Assembly (NCBI GenBank): GCA_011605725.1
Contig: JAAOZP010000014.1
Location: 64,001 to 128,000, forward strand
DNA from: Nitrososphaerota archaeon
Lineage (GTDB): Archaea; Thermoproteota; EX4484-205; JAAOZP01
Direction: 5' to 3'
Length of the DNA: 64,000 nucleotides
The translations under genes and the position numbers were made by a program. Positions 49,417 through 59,623 of the stretch are shown one piece after another; position 1 is the first letter of the stretch; the number at the start of each line of letters is the position of its first letter. The notes under the pieces are model-generated. The model was not told the DNA's origin. It did not search any database and saw nothing but the letters and a program-made list of their open reading frames with translations.

Positions 49417-50091
49417 TCACCAGAAGCTTTTCTTCTTAGCCTGCATCTGCTCCATTATCCTTGCGACAAGACTGCTGAGAACATATGAGATGCCGAGGGC
49501 GAATCCGCCGAAATATGTTAATCCGGACCCGCCGAGCAGATTATCCTTATAGTTATTCCACCAGTTCCAGAACACGTGTAGAGACATGGGGAGAAAAATA
49601 TTCTTATAGCGAACCTGGCATAATGCTGCAACCACGCCGAACAAAAGGGGCCAGAGAAAGCCGCCGAGCCCGTAGTGGAAGAAGTGCGTTAGGGCAAAAA
49701 CTAGGCTGCTTACTGATATCGCCATGTGAGGATTTATCTCTGCCAGAGTGGAGAGGAGAAGCCCCCTGAAGAACCATTCTTCCAGAATTGGAAGGATAAG
49801 TATTCCGCAGGCGGGTGTGAAGGGGTCTAGGAGGAAAACCGTCGGTATGACGAAAAGCGCTGTAGCCAGGAACGTAAGCTGCTCCCCGCTCATGCTTCGC
49901 CGGAAACCGTTTAAATCCTTTACCTGGCTGCTCATTAGAAGAAGGGGGACTGCTGAAGAGAAGAGGATGATTAGCGTGAGCTCTAGGACTCGCTGCTCAA
50001 AATACTGGGTGACTCCGACAGTCTGCAGAATGAGAATCCAGAAAACGAACAGGTTGGTGACGCTGGCCAGAACCCTCCAGTGTTTGAACAC
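49417..50091 (-). CDS. CPBP (CAAX/Abi) intramembrane metalloprotease
   Basis: EEWFFRG, FALTH, HVFWN. Confidence 0.85.
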   Translation of the reverse strand: MFKHWRVLASVTNLFVFWILILQTVGVTQYFEQRVLELTLIILFSSAVPLLLMSSQVKDLNGFRRSMSGEQLTFLATALFVIPTVFLLDPFTPACGILILPILEEWFFRGLLLSTLAEINPHMAISVSSLVFALTHFFHYGLGGFLWPLLFGVVAALCQVRYKNIFLPMSLHVFWNWWNNYKDNLLGGSGLTYFGGFALGISYVLSSLVARIMEQMQAKKKSFW

Positions 50092-50275
50092 CAGGGGTCA
50101 CAGGTAGTAAACCGCCTCCGAGTAATTATGCTTTGCTAAACCTGTTTTAACCCGGACTAGACTATGCTTCCCTAAGCATGTTTAGACACTGTTTTTAAGC
50201 AGCCGGGAAACCTGGTTCTCTGGGAAAGAGTACTGCAAGTATTTAAAAAGCAGTGCGTGTTTTCTCTACAAGGCT

Positions 50276-50602
50276 TTGAACGAGCAGAAGCCCCCGGTAT
50301 GGATAATGATCGTTTCACTCCTGATGCTTTTAATAAGCAGTGCTTGGACGATGGCAGCAGTATTTTCAGTCAGCATTAATAGAACCTTGGCCTCGATAAT
50401 GCTGGCTACAGCAACAGCCTCGAACATAAGCTTCCTTCTAGCAATGCTTACTGCAATACTGCTGTACTCCGGGTTGGAGAAAGGAGGAAGGCTTAGACTA
50501 ATCATGGTTAGCCTCTTCGCAATCGGAATAGTCAGCCTCGTCTACACAGTAGTGCTCTTCCTGCTCGCCTTCTTAACAAGGTATCCGCTGCTACCGGATT
50601 AG
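50276..50602 (+). CDS. Small membrane protein
   Basis: Three hydrophobic helices; TATA-like TTTAAAAA upstream. Confidence 0.55.
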   Translation: MNEQKPPVWIMIVSLLMLLISSAWTMAAVFSVSINRTLASIMLATATASNISFLLAMLTAILLYSGLEKGGRLRLIMVSLFAIGIVSLVYTVVLFLLAFLTRYPLLPD

Positions 50603-50612
50603 CGTTACGCGA

Positions 50613-52599
50613 CTATTTCAGGTTCACAACCACCCATTCAACATCGTCGACAACCGAAATCTTCAAAACAACTCCGCTTCCGAAGGCTTCAACCTGAACA
50701 TCCGCCCCCCTGCAGGCCCTTGCAGAAACAATCTGCTCAACCGGTACTCTCAAATAAACCTCAACATCCCGGGCTGCAGAAGGATTGTAAAGAGTCGAAC
50801 CCTTCATAATGTTCACCAAGCATATTGAAACCTTTTTCCCACCTCCTCTAATCGTCAAGTCTAGAAAGTGGTCAGATTTAACGTATGCTAATGGTTCCTT
50901 CAGAACCCAGAGAGAAGCATTCTTATACAGCTTGCCATACTCATCCTTAAGATAACTGGTTCCCTCAGTCACCAGCCAAGAGAAATGTATAACCCTGCCC
51001 CTACCAGGCGTGTTAGCAGTTAGAAGAGCCTTCTCCGGGAAACTGGTCTTTATCAGGATGCTGGAGGAAAGGGGCTTAACGTTAGCCCTCATCTCCCCAA
51101 CAGGATAGGCCTCCTGCGAGACGGCTCGCCTGAACGCTTCCACTGCAGGATGGCTTGGCGTAACGATTCTGGCTGTTTCAACCAGCAGCGGCGGCTCCTC
51201 GTAAACGTTTCCAAGAATATTAGTCAGCAAGGGCATCTTTACACACTTGTTCCCCTCAGTTGCAGCGTAGAGTCCAGACTGGAAGAAAGCGAGGAGGCCT
51301 AACCCGTTTTCAGAAACCAGTTTCCCAATCTCCTCCGCCTCTTTCAGGGTTAAGGCTTCAAGGCCTGTGAGAACTATTCCCGACCCGCTTTCTCCAGGCA
51401 TCCCAACAGCTATCGGAACCCCTATCCCCATGAAGGTTTGAAACATTTCTCTGAAACTATCAGTATACTCCACGCCTTCCAGCAGGCCTCTTGTCCTCAC
51501 GGTGAGCATGGAATACGGGGCAACCAGGGGCTTAATCCTGGCTTCAGACAGGCTATGCTCCATTTTTTCAACGAATTCAAAGGCCTGGCTTAAAGCCGCC
51601 CAGTGATGCGGCCTATCATGGCTTTCAACACCGGGCGGAGAGCCTCCGAACTCTATCACCCCGTCAGCCCCATGGGCTAAAGCCTCGTACACGTTAAGCT
51701 TAAGCATCTGGCCTGTTCTAAGCCTGTAGCTGGCTAACCCAACCCAGATTTTAGCTCTTTTCGTCAAAGCCTTCATGTATTCGGCGACAACACCCGGCCA
51801 CGTGGAGCCGTAAAGCTCCGCGTAGTATGAACCTGGCATTATGAAGTCAACTATTTCAGAGAGTTTTTCAAAGTCCTGACCAAGGTTGAACAGGTTTACC
51901 TCCGGATAGGAATGGTTAACAGTGTAAACGCCAAGGAACGCCGGGGTTTATTTTCTTCACCTCGTCTCTCACTTCCCTAACTATTGAAGTTATCCTCTCA
52001 GCCCTCCAGAAAGTTATCATCTGCCTAACAGGGTTCTTCGGGTTCACCGTGTCCCTGAGGCTTAAGCCTTCCACGCTAATCCCGTCTCGAAGCATTTCTT
52101 TCCTGCAGTATTCACAATAACAGTAGCCCGGCCCTCCGTATCTTATGTAGTCCAGCATGATTCCGTGAACACCCAGCTCAGCAAGCTTACGACAGATCTC
52201 TACGAGTTTCCCACGTCTCTCAGGCCTGACTGGACACCACATGACGCTCTCGACTTCTCCGGTTAACGGGTTAACCCACTCGCTTCTACCACCCTCAATG
52301 TTCTCCTCAACATGATACTCCGGAAACGGAATCCCGATCTTCTCAACCGATTTCTCCCCTTCGAACGATACCACCATAACAACCATTTTTAGACCATTTT
52401 TTTCAAACACCCTTATCGACTCGCTCAGCCTATCCTGTGGAATGAAATCATTCACAACACAGGCGTTCAGAACACCGTTGCAGTGAGCATTCTTCATCGC
52501 ATTAGCCGCTTGGTTGAAGTCTTCAAGCGAGAGAAAGTCTTGAATATGCATCACGCCAAACCTGGCTTGAAACCCTTCCCACCAGTTGAAGCCGGGCAA
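50613..52599 (-). CDS. TIM-barrel glycoside hydrolase-like protein (GHL10/GH42-like) with trimerisation-type domain, frameshifted near 51935
   Basis: HGIMLDYIRY, CYCEYC; adding one base joins VP to LGVYTVNHSYPEV...GQDF...VDFIMPGSYY. Confidence 0.65.
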
Positions 52600-52667
52600 A
52601 GAGTCGGAGCGTAAAGCCTAAGCAGCATTTAAGCGTTTCTAAAAAACCGGCATGCTCATCCAGTGTT

Positions 52668-53540
52668 TCACACAGGCAAGCCTGCTTCAACCCAGACTTT
52701 TTTCAAGGCTTCACCCGTTGTTTTCACAGCCTCCTCTGGGCTCAGCCTACTAACCTTCTCGCTGAACGGTTCAGGAGTAACCGGGCCGTCGTAACCAATG
52801 TTTTTCAAAGCCTTCAGAAAACCAGTCAGGTTGATTACACCCGTCTCGCCGGGTAGACACCTAACGTTGTCGAGAAGCCTGTCTAAAGACACGTTTACAG
52901 GAGCATCGTTAACATGCACGTAGACAACATCCCTTCCTCTAAGCCTCAAAACATCATCGATAGACCCACGGGAAGCATACCAGTGCCAACTGTCCAGAAG
53001 GACGCCGACATTCCCGTATTCCAGGGCTCTGCACAGGCTCATTATCCCGTTTAAATCATGGATGAAAACATGCTTACGGTTTACACGGAGCGACTCGGTG
53101 CCGATGAACTCCAGCCCAAGCATGCAGCCGTTGTCAGACAGGACTCTGGCTATTGGCTTAAGCCTGGAAACATGCCAATTAAAATTGTCTTCAAAAGGCT
53201 TATCGTCGGAGAAAGGCATTATGAAAGTGAAAGCCCTGGGACAGCCTATTTCAGCAGCCAGGGAAGCCAACCGGCTGAGACTCGTTAAACCCTTCTCGTA
53301 AACATTCTCTTCCCCACGCCAGTCGAAAGGCAGACCCCAGCCCCCGGGCCTTACCCCTGCTTTTTCAAACAGGCTTTTCACATAGCTCAACGACTTTTCG
53401 CCGACCAGCCTAGAGACCTCGCCCATATCCACTTCAACACCCTGAAAACCCCCTGTCTTAGCCAGCGTAATGTTTTCAGCCAGAGGCTTCTGAACACCTA
53501 TGGCTCCAGGACTCAGATTCCTAAACATGTTTCCACACAT
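52668..53540 (-). CDS. Sugar phosphate isomerase/epimerase (xylose isomerase-like TIM barrel)
   Basis: LGLEF, LDSWH, VHVND, PGETG, YDGPVTPE. Confidence 0.85.
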   Translation of the reverse strand: MCGNMFRNLSPGAIGVQKPLAENITLAKTGGFQGVEVDMGEVSRLVGEKSLSYVKSLFEKAGVRPGGWGLPFDWRGEENVYEKGLTSLSRLASLAAEIGCPRAFTFIMPFSDDKPFEDNFNWHVSRLKPIARVLSDNGCMLGLEFIGTESLRVNRKHVFIHDLNGIMSLCRALEYGNVGVLLDSWHWYASRGSIDDVLRLRGRDVVYVHVNDAPVNVSLDRLLDNVRCLPGETGVINLTGFLKALKNIGYDGPVTPEPFSEKVSRLSPEEAVKTTGEALKKVWVEAGLPV

Positions 53541-53586
53541 GTTTCCAATCTTAAAAACTTTAAGCCGGCGGGGAAAAAATAAAACG

Positions 53587-54597
53587 TTAATCTATTCGAA
53601 TCCTTCCTCCTTTTCGAATGCTTTCAACAATCGCGTCGAGAGTTTTCAAAGCATAGTAAGCATCCTCAGCATCAGCATGAGGATGATCCCCTGAAGCAAC
53701 GCTTTGCGCAAATACTTCAAGCTCCTCAACATAACCGGGACGGGAAACACCCCGGTAATGACTCCCATGCTCGAAAACCAGAGTCTGAACAGCAGAAGGA
53801 TCCGTAGGCTCAATCCACCCCTTCTTGCCGGCATACCGCATTCTCTTAAACTGCTCAGCCTCCGCCCAGCCGCCGGTCCCCTGAACACCAACACGCTCGT
53901 AGAACACGGGTGAGCAGCCTCCGAGCGTGAACGAGCCCACGGCTCCTGAGGCAAACCTAAGGGAAGCCGAGACAGCGAGCTTCCTACCCTCCTCCGCAAC
54001 GCCCCAAGCCTCAGCCTCGATCACCCTTCCTCCGAGAAACTGGAGGCAGTCCATAGGGTGTATAGCCTGGTTAAGCATGAACCCCCATTCGAAAGAAAGC
54101 CCCCAGGCTCCACGCGTATCCGGCGCAAGGTAAGTGGCTTCTAAACGGAAAACCTCGCCGAAAACCTCCTTTTCAGAAAGCGTTTTAAGAGCCCTGTGAA
54201 CAGGCATGTGTCGCCAATGTGTCCCAACCATGCAGATCCTTCCAGAAGCCTTCATCGCCTCCATAAGCCTCTTAGCACCGTCCAAGGTTAAAGACGGAGG
54301 CTTCTCGACGAAAACATGCAGACCCTTCTTCAAACAATAGACACCGGCTTCCTCATGCAGCTGGGGAGGGCCTACGATTATGACGGCGTCAGGAGACTCC
54401 TCGTCAACCATTTCAACATAGTCAGTATACCATTTCCTGGCGCCGAACCGCCGAGTAGCCTCCATAGCCTTCTCCCCTACTAGGTCGCAGGCAGCAGTAT
54501 AGTTGAACAACGGTATGAGGGAGACAGCGGGTTGAAGACTCTCCGTAGAATGGTGGCCGCAGCCTATGAAGCAGACGCGAACCCTGGTTTCAGCCAT
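53587..54597 (-). CDS. Gfo/Idh/MocA family oxidoreductase
   Basis: IGCG, HVFVEKP, AIHPMD. Confidence 0.88.
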   Translation of the reverse strand: MAETRVRVCFIGCGHHSTESLQPAVSLIPLFNYTAACDLVGEKAMEATRRFGARKWYTDYVEMVDEESPDAVIIVGPPQLHEEAGVYCLKKGLHVFVEKPPSLTLDGAKRLMEAMKASGRICMVGTHWRHMPVHRALKTLSEKEVFGEVFRLEATYLAPDTRGAWGLSFEWGFMLNQAIHPMDCLQFLGGRVIEAEAWGVAEEGRKLAVSASLRFASGAVGSFTLGGCSPVFYERVGVQGTGGWAEAEQFKRMRYAGKKGWIEPTDPSAVQTLVFEHGSHYRGVSRPGYVEELEVFAQSVASGDHPHADAEDAYYALKTLDAIVESIRKGGRIRID

Positions 54598-54702
54598 ACT
54601 TGGAAACCCCTGGTGGAAAAACAATGGGAGAAGCATTTAAGCATTAACGTGCGTGCTACGACTAGTATAGGACACCGGTCTTAATCCTGACGCGCGCTAC
54701 CT

Positions 54703-54789
54703 TTGCTTCTAGTAGAATTCTTAAGAGCTTTAGAATCGGCTGCTGACGAGTGTGAAAACACCGCTGACTTCCTAAGAATAATGTCGTAA
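54703..54789 (+). pseudogene. C-terminal remnant of a DUF47/PhoU-like phosphate transport regulator
   Basis: LLLVEFLRALESAADECENTADFLRIMS*. Confidence 0.55.
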
Positions 54790-54799
54790 GCACATTCCA

Positions 54800-55038
54800 C
54801 TAGAACACGGAAACAAGTGAATAAATAGTTGCACAGATAAGCATCGTAATGAGAAAAGTAGTAACCCACGCGTAAATGATTTTCCTTATTTTCCCAATAT
54901 TCACCCAAACTCTCCTGGTCAACCCGACCCCTGTGACGGCCCCGATGAGGATGTGAGACGCCGATAAGGGAATTCTCAGTAACGTTCCGGCCATGAGGAT
55001 TAGCATGACGGAAACCTGTGCGGAGAGGGCTGCTACAG
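54800..55038 (-). pseudogene. C-terminal remnant of a PiT inorganic phosphate transporter
   Basis: IPLSASHILIGAVTGVG...KIIYAWVTT is the PiT C-terminal signature; the 5' part is missing. Confidence 0.7.
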
Positions 55039-55108
55039 GCGCGCGCGCCGCAGGCCACTGTTAAAAAATATTAATCCAGCTGGCAACGGTTTCTAAAGGC
55101 TTCCAGAA

Positions 55109-55549
55109 ATGGGGGAAGAGAGTGTAGAGCATACTGCGGATGGACGCGCCGAGGTCCGCTTCATAGGCTTCGTCGAGAGCGTTGAAAAGGATTGGGCGAA
55201 AATAAGGATCTACCCTGAGTACTGCAGCGGGCTTAAAGGCATAGAGGAGTTTTCACACCTGATAGTGCTCTACTGGCTCCACCTTTGCGGCGAGAAGGAG
55301 AGGCGAACCATGCTTGTATACCCGAGGAAGCATACGGTTAACGTGTTAACCGGGGTCTTCGCCTGCAGGAGCCCAGCCCGCCCAAACCCGGTTGGGCTAT
55401 GTGTCGTCGAACTCTTGGAAAAGAAGGGGAACACTCTGGTGGTTAAAGGGCTGGATGCTTTTGAAAAATCTCCGGTGATCGACATAAAACCCTATGTTCC
55501 GAAAACGGACTCTGTTGAGAAGGCGCAGACACCCGAGTGGGCACGCTAG
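55109..55549 (+). CDS. tsaA: tRNA m6t6A37 methyltransferase TrmO/TsaA
   Basis: FSHLIVLYWLH, GVFACRSPARPNP, VIDIKPY. Confidence 0.9.
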   Translation: MGEESVEHTADGRAEVRFIGFVESVEKDWAKIRIYPEYCSGLKGIEEFSHLIVLYWLHLCGEKERRTMLVYPRKHTVNVLTGVFACRSPARPNPVGLCVVELLEKKGNTLVVKGLDAFEKSPVIDIKPYVPKTDSVEKAQTPEWAR

Positions 55550-55587
55550 AGTGAAACAGGTTAATAGTAGGGTTCAGCAGCCCCGCT

Positions 55588-56277
55588 TTAACGGGTTTTC
55601 CCAGACCAGTGTTTCCTCTGTTTAAGCAGCCACTTGTAGAGCCTAGGGTTATCGTAGGTGACTGTCCAAGAGTCGTGACCCAGGTCGGGGTAAATCGTGA
55701 GCCTCACTTTCCCACCGATCTTCTTAAGAGCCTCATAAAGCTGCTTCGAATTGTCAACGGGCACAAGCTCATCCTTAGCCCCGTGGAAAATCCAGATGGG
55801 AATATCTTTCAAAGCCCTGATCCTCTCTTGAAACTTGTCGTCGGGAAACATGCCTCCGCAAATCGGGACGACGGCGGCGAAGAGCTCAGGATAAGTGGAG
55901 GCCAGGTGCCAGGCTCCGAAACCACCCATGCTCAGCCCAGTCAGGTAGATGCGCGTCTCGTCGATACGGTAGCGTTTCAAAGCATCCAGCAGCAGGTCGC
56001 GAAGCTCATCCACCATCATCGGCCACATTGAGTACGACGGGCACTGCGGCGAAATAGCTATGAAAGGAAAGCTTCTCTTCTTCTCAACGATCTTCGGAAT
56101 CCCATGCTTCTTGACGAGCTCAAGATTATCACCCCTCTCACCCATTCCATGCAGGAAAAGGATGGCGGGCCACTTGACACTAGGCTTCCTGTCATAGTCC
56201 TTAGGAAGATAGAGCAAGTATTTGATGGAAACCTTCTTCACAACCTCTTCTTCAAACACCTGTGGAGTCTGACTCAT
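55588..56277 (-). CDS. Alpha/beta hydrolase (predicted esterase/peptidase)
   Basis: FLHGMGE, SPQCP, GLSMGG, FHGAKD, GHDSW. Confidence 0.85.
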   Translation of the reverse strand: MSQTPQVFEEEVVKKVSIKYLLYLPKDYDRKPSVKWPAILFLHGMGERGDNLELVKKHGIPKIVEKKRSFPFIAISPQCPSYSMWPMMVDELRDLLLDALKRYRIDETRIYLTGLSMGGFGAWHLASTYPELFAAVVPICGGMFPDDKFQERIRALKDIPIWIFHGAKDELVPVDNSKQLYEALKKIGGKVRLTIYPDLGHDSWTVTYDNPRLYKWLLKQRKHWSGKTR

Positions 56278-56372
56278 AAACATCTGTCGCGAGCCGGATT
56301 TATATAAACATAGGGTTTTGAGAAACCGGACTCTACGCTTAAGCGCACGCTTAGGGTGGCGTAAGCCTCCTT

Positions 56373-56735
56373 TCACCGGGCGCGTCCAAAATACTTCTCC
56401 ACCGGGTATTTCTCCTCGTTCTTCTCAAGCTTTCTGAACACGGCTTCAGACACATCTATGCCTAGAGCATTAGCCATGCTTAAGCAGTAGATTAAAACAT
56501 CTGCCAACTCTTCTCTAATCCTCTCCATCTTCGAAGCGTCATTCCCCCAGGATGAAGCCTCTTCAACTGTGGACCACTGGAAGACTTCGAGAAGCTCCGC
56601 AGCCTCGACGCATACTGCTTCAGCAAGATCCTTAGGATTATGATACTTCTCCCAGCCTCTTCTAGAGACGAAGGCTTTAACACTGTTTTTCAAATCTTGA
56701 AGCGTCGCTTCAGAATCCGTCTTCCTTTCTTCCAA
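56373..56735 (-). CDS. MazG-like nucleotide pyrophosphohydrolase (DCTPP1-like)
   Basis: HNPKDL, EAAELLE, EELADV, KYP. Confidence 0.9.
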   Translation of the reverse strand: MEERKTDSEATLQDLKNSVKAFVSRRGWEKYHNPKDLAEAVCVEAAELLEVFQWSTVEEASSWGNDASKMERIREELADVLIYCLSMANALGIDVSEAVFRKLEKNEEKYPVEKYFGRAR

Positions 56736-57004
56736 ACCGGAGAATAGCCGTCAGCCCCGCATATAAGCTGTTCGCCGAGAACTTTTAGACTGAAACCCGG
56801 TGCTTTGGGAACCATGCTTCTAAGGCTGCAAGACGCTGGGTTTCACCCTCCTGCTCTTAAATCTTCCCTTCTCAACCTGTTTTCCCCCAGCAAGATGAAA
56901 AACTCTAATCAAAGCATAACTAGCCCTAGGTTTCTCCATCCATGACGCTCGTCGAAAGGGTTAACGCGAATTAGGTTTAACTTAATATAGTTCCTTTAAA
57001 CGGA

Positions 57005-58543
57005 GTGAACAGTATGGTGGAGGCTAAGGAACAGGAAAAGTTTGAAATCTATTCGACAAGCATCTGCCCCGTCTGTCAAAGAAGGATTCCTATGAGGATC
57101 TATGAGGAAGACGGAGTTATTTATCTCGAGAAGACTTGCCCCGAGCATAAAGAGTTTGAAGACGTCTACTGGGGAGACGCTGAACTCTATAAATGGTTCT
57201 TCAAAAACTGGTATACAGCCAGATACGTGGGCGATGGGTTGGAGAATCCGCATACAGGAATTATGAAAGGCTGCCCGTATGATTGCGGCTTATGTCCTCA
57301 ACATAAAACCCATACTGTTCTCGGAATAATTGATGTTACGAACAGGTGTAACATGGCTTGTCCAATCTGTTTTGCGTACGCTGGAGCCTCAAACTATGTT
57401 TACGAGCCGTCGTACAGTCAAATAGTCGAGATGATTAGAAACCTTACTAGCAATAAACCTTGGGCTTGCAATTCTTTACAGTTTAGCGGGGGCGAACCCA
57501 CGTTGAGAAACGACCTGCCGGACCTGATAAGGGAAGCTAAGAAAGCAGGCATAAGGCATGTTGAAGTAAACAGCAACGGGCTCCGCCTGGCTGAAGACAA
57601 AGAATACTTCAGAACGCTGAAAAAAGCCGGAATGGACACGCTCTACCTCCAGTTTGACGGTTTGAGAGAGGAACCATGTAGGAAACTAAGGGGTAGAACG
57701 GATCTAGTTCCAATCAAGGAGAAGGTTATTGAAAACGCGAGGGAAATCGGTTTGAAATCCATAGTTTTGGTCGTAACCCTGGCGAAGAACGTGAATGATA
57801 AGGATTTAGGCAGCATAATTAACTACGCGGTTAAGAACAGGGATGTTGTCAGATGCGTTAATATTCAGCCGATTTCTATGGCTGGAAGAGCTAGGAAAGA
57901 AGAAATGAGGGAAATGCGCATCACCATACCTGACGCTATTAAACTTATAGAGGAGCAGACTCAGGGAGCAATCACCCGCTGGGACTGGAGGCCTGTCAAC
58001 TGGCCTGTTCCAGTCTCTAAGGGGATGGAGATTCTGAAGAGCAGAACATATCCGGAGTTCACTATGCACCCGATGTGCGGCGCCGCCACTTTCATAGTTG
58101 TGGAGGACGACGGCTCCTACAAGCCTATAACGAAAATTATTGACGTAGATAAATTCGCAAACACGTTCTGGGAAGTATACTATGCGGGTATCAGAGGGGA
58201 GAAGACGCTGGCTAAAACCAAGCTTCTAAACCTATTATCTCTAGCGAAATCAGACCTTATTCGAGGCTTGGTTAAGAATGTTGTGACTAAGGGTAGTTAT
58301 GAAGCCTTAGGTGAACTCATGTATAAGATGGTGATGATAGGAATAATGCACTTCCAAGACGTTTGGAACATGGATCTGGACAGAGTGCAGAAATGCGCGA
58401 TCCACTATGCTACTCCAGATGGGAAAATCAGATCCTTCTGCACGTATAACAGTCTGCACAGAAACGATGTTGAAAAACAGTTTGCAGTTTCAATCAGCGA
58501 ATGGACAAGCAAAACCGGGAGAAAAGTTAATGAGCCAGTATAA
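57005..58543 (+). CDS. tes: Tetraether lipid synthase (radical SAM, GDGT-MAS/Tes)
   Basis: N-terminal CPVC...CPEH, CPYDCGLC, CNMACPIC, C-terminal cysteines (HPMCG, KCAIHY, SFCTYN). Confidence 0.85.
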   Translation: MNSMVEAKEQEKFEIYSTSICPVCQRRIPMRIYEEDGVIYLEKTCPEHKEFEDVYWGDAELYKWFFKNWYTARYVGDGLENPHTGIMKGCPYDCGLCPQHKTHTVLGIIDVTNRCNMACPICFAYAGASNYVYEPSYSQIVEMIRNLTSNKPWACNSLQFSGGEPTLRNDLPDLIREAKKAGIRHVEVNSNGLRLAEDKEYFRTLKKAGMDTLYLQFDGLREEPCRKLRGRTDLVPIKEKVIENAREIGLKSIVLVVTLAKNVNDKDLGSIINYAVKNRDVVRCVNIQPISMAGRARKEEMREMRITIPDAIKLIEEQTQGAITRWDWRPVNWPVPVSKGMEILKSRTYPEFTMHPMCGAATFIVVEDDGSYKPITKIIDVDKFANTFWEVYYAGIRGEKTLAKTKLLNLLSLAKSDLIRGLVKNVVTKGSYEALGELMYKMVMIGIMHFQDVWNMDLDRVQKCAIHYATPDGKIRSFCTYNSLHRNDVEKQFAVSISEWTSKTGRKVNEPV

Positions 58544-58673
58544 GCATACGCGTGTTTCCCCCAGACGGGTGTGCAGCAATTAAGAATCCAGGGTGCGCGC
58601 TAAATCCGTTTTGCAACGAGAGAAAAATAACACGGCCGCATTAAACAATTCCAGAGCCTCCCCGCCGCGTATC

Positions 58674-59063
58674 CTATTTAATCTCCTTCCACTCCTTCAT
58701 TATCTCCTTATCATAAGTGAAGACTGGAAGCCTCCTTGCTCTTGCAACTGAAACTATAAGTTTATCGTTAAACCTTTTGAAAGAAATATTTTCCTTCGAA
58801 ATAATATTGATGGAATCTAGGAAGTTTTGTCTTGTAATGGGGACGATCTCCGCTTTCTCATCGTGAAGAATCTCCAGCATTTTTCTCACGATGAAGCCTT
58901 TCTCCACTTTTAGCTGTAACAGGACTATTGCAAACTCCTCCAGTACAACCGTCGGTATAACCCATTTTTTCAGGGTGGAAAGCTTTTCTCTAGCGTCTTC
59001 ATGGAAAGCAGAATCTTCAATCGTGTCGTAAACCAAGACGTTCGTGTCTATTACGGCTTCCAT
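58674..59063 (-). CDS. vapC: PIN-domain toxin
   Basis: VIDTNVLVY, VLEE, FND, TYD. Confidence 0.88.
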   Translation of the reverse strand: MEAVIDTNVLVYDTIEDSAFHEDAREKLSTLKKWVIPTVVLEEFAIVLLQLKVEKGFIVRKMLEILHDEKAEIVPITRQNFLDSINIISKENISFKRFNDKLIVSVARARRLPVFTYDKEIMKEWKEIK

Positions 59064-59296
59064 CTCACTATCTCCTTCCAGCCTTCTTCAATAAGTTTCT
59101 CAACATCCTCCGGTTTAAGGTTTCTTCCGATTTTCAATTTAAGCCTCTCCTTTCTACGCATCCCTTGAGTAACCCCGCCCCCTAGCTTCTCATTTATAAG
59201 TTGAGAAAGCTTCTTTGTCGTCCCGTATTTTTCCAAAGCCTCCTGAACAAGCTTTTTGTAAAGTTCATCGTCTAGAATTATGGTCGTTTTCACCAT
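59051..59296 (-). CDS. vapB: Antitoxin (RHH-like) of the VapBC pair
   Basis: MVKTTIILDDELYKKL; overlaps the PIN gene. Confidence 0.8.
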   Translation of the reverse strand: MVKTTIILDDELYKKLVQEALEKYGTTKKLSQLINEKLGGGVTQGMRRKERLKLKIGRNLKPEDVEKLIEEGWKEIVRWKP

Positions 59297-59623
59297 ACGG
59301 CATGCGTATCCCCTAGAAAACAATATATAAACTTTACGGTTATATGGTTTTATGGCCACCCGACAACATTGCTAGCACGTCTCAAGGCAGCGTTCAGCCT
59401 CAAGAGAACCAGGATGACTTTTCCTAACATCAAATTTCTGGGACGGATTAAGCCTCTTTGAAGAAATTAAGACGCAGGGTTATGCTAAGGTTGCTTGTTA
59501 AACACTTCAGCTGTAAGCATTATCCTTCCCAGGCGAAAACTGTTTTATCCAGAGAAACTAATTATTTAAGACGATTGTTTCATGGGCATTTAAGAACGTT
59601 TATAAGCTTAGTAAGGCTGAGAA

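Noticed and set aside
56820-56940. 39-codon minus-strand ORF (MEKPRASYALIRV...)
   Set aside because: No motif or context support
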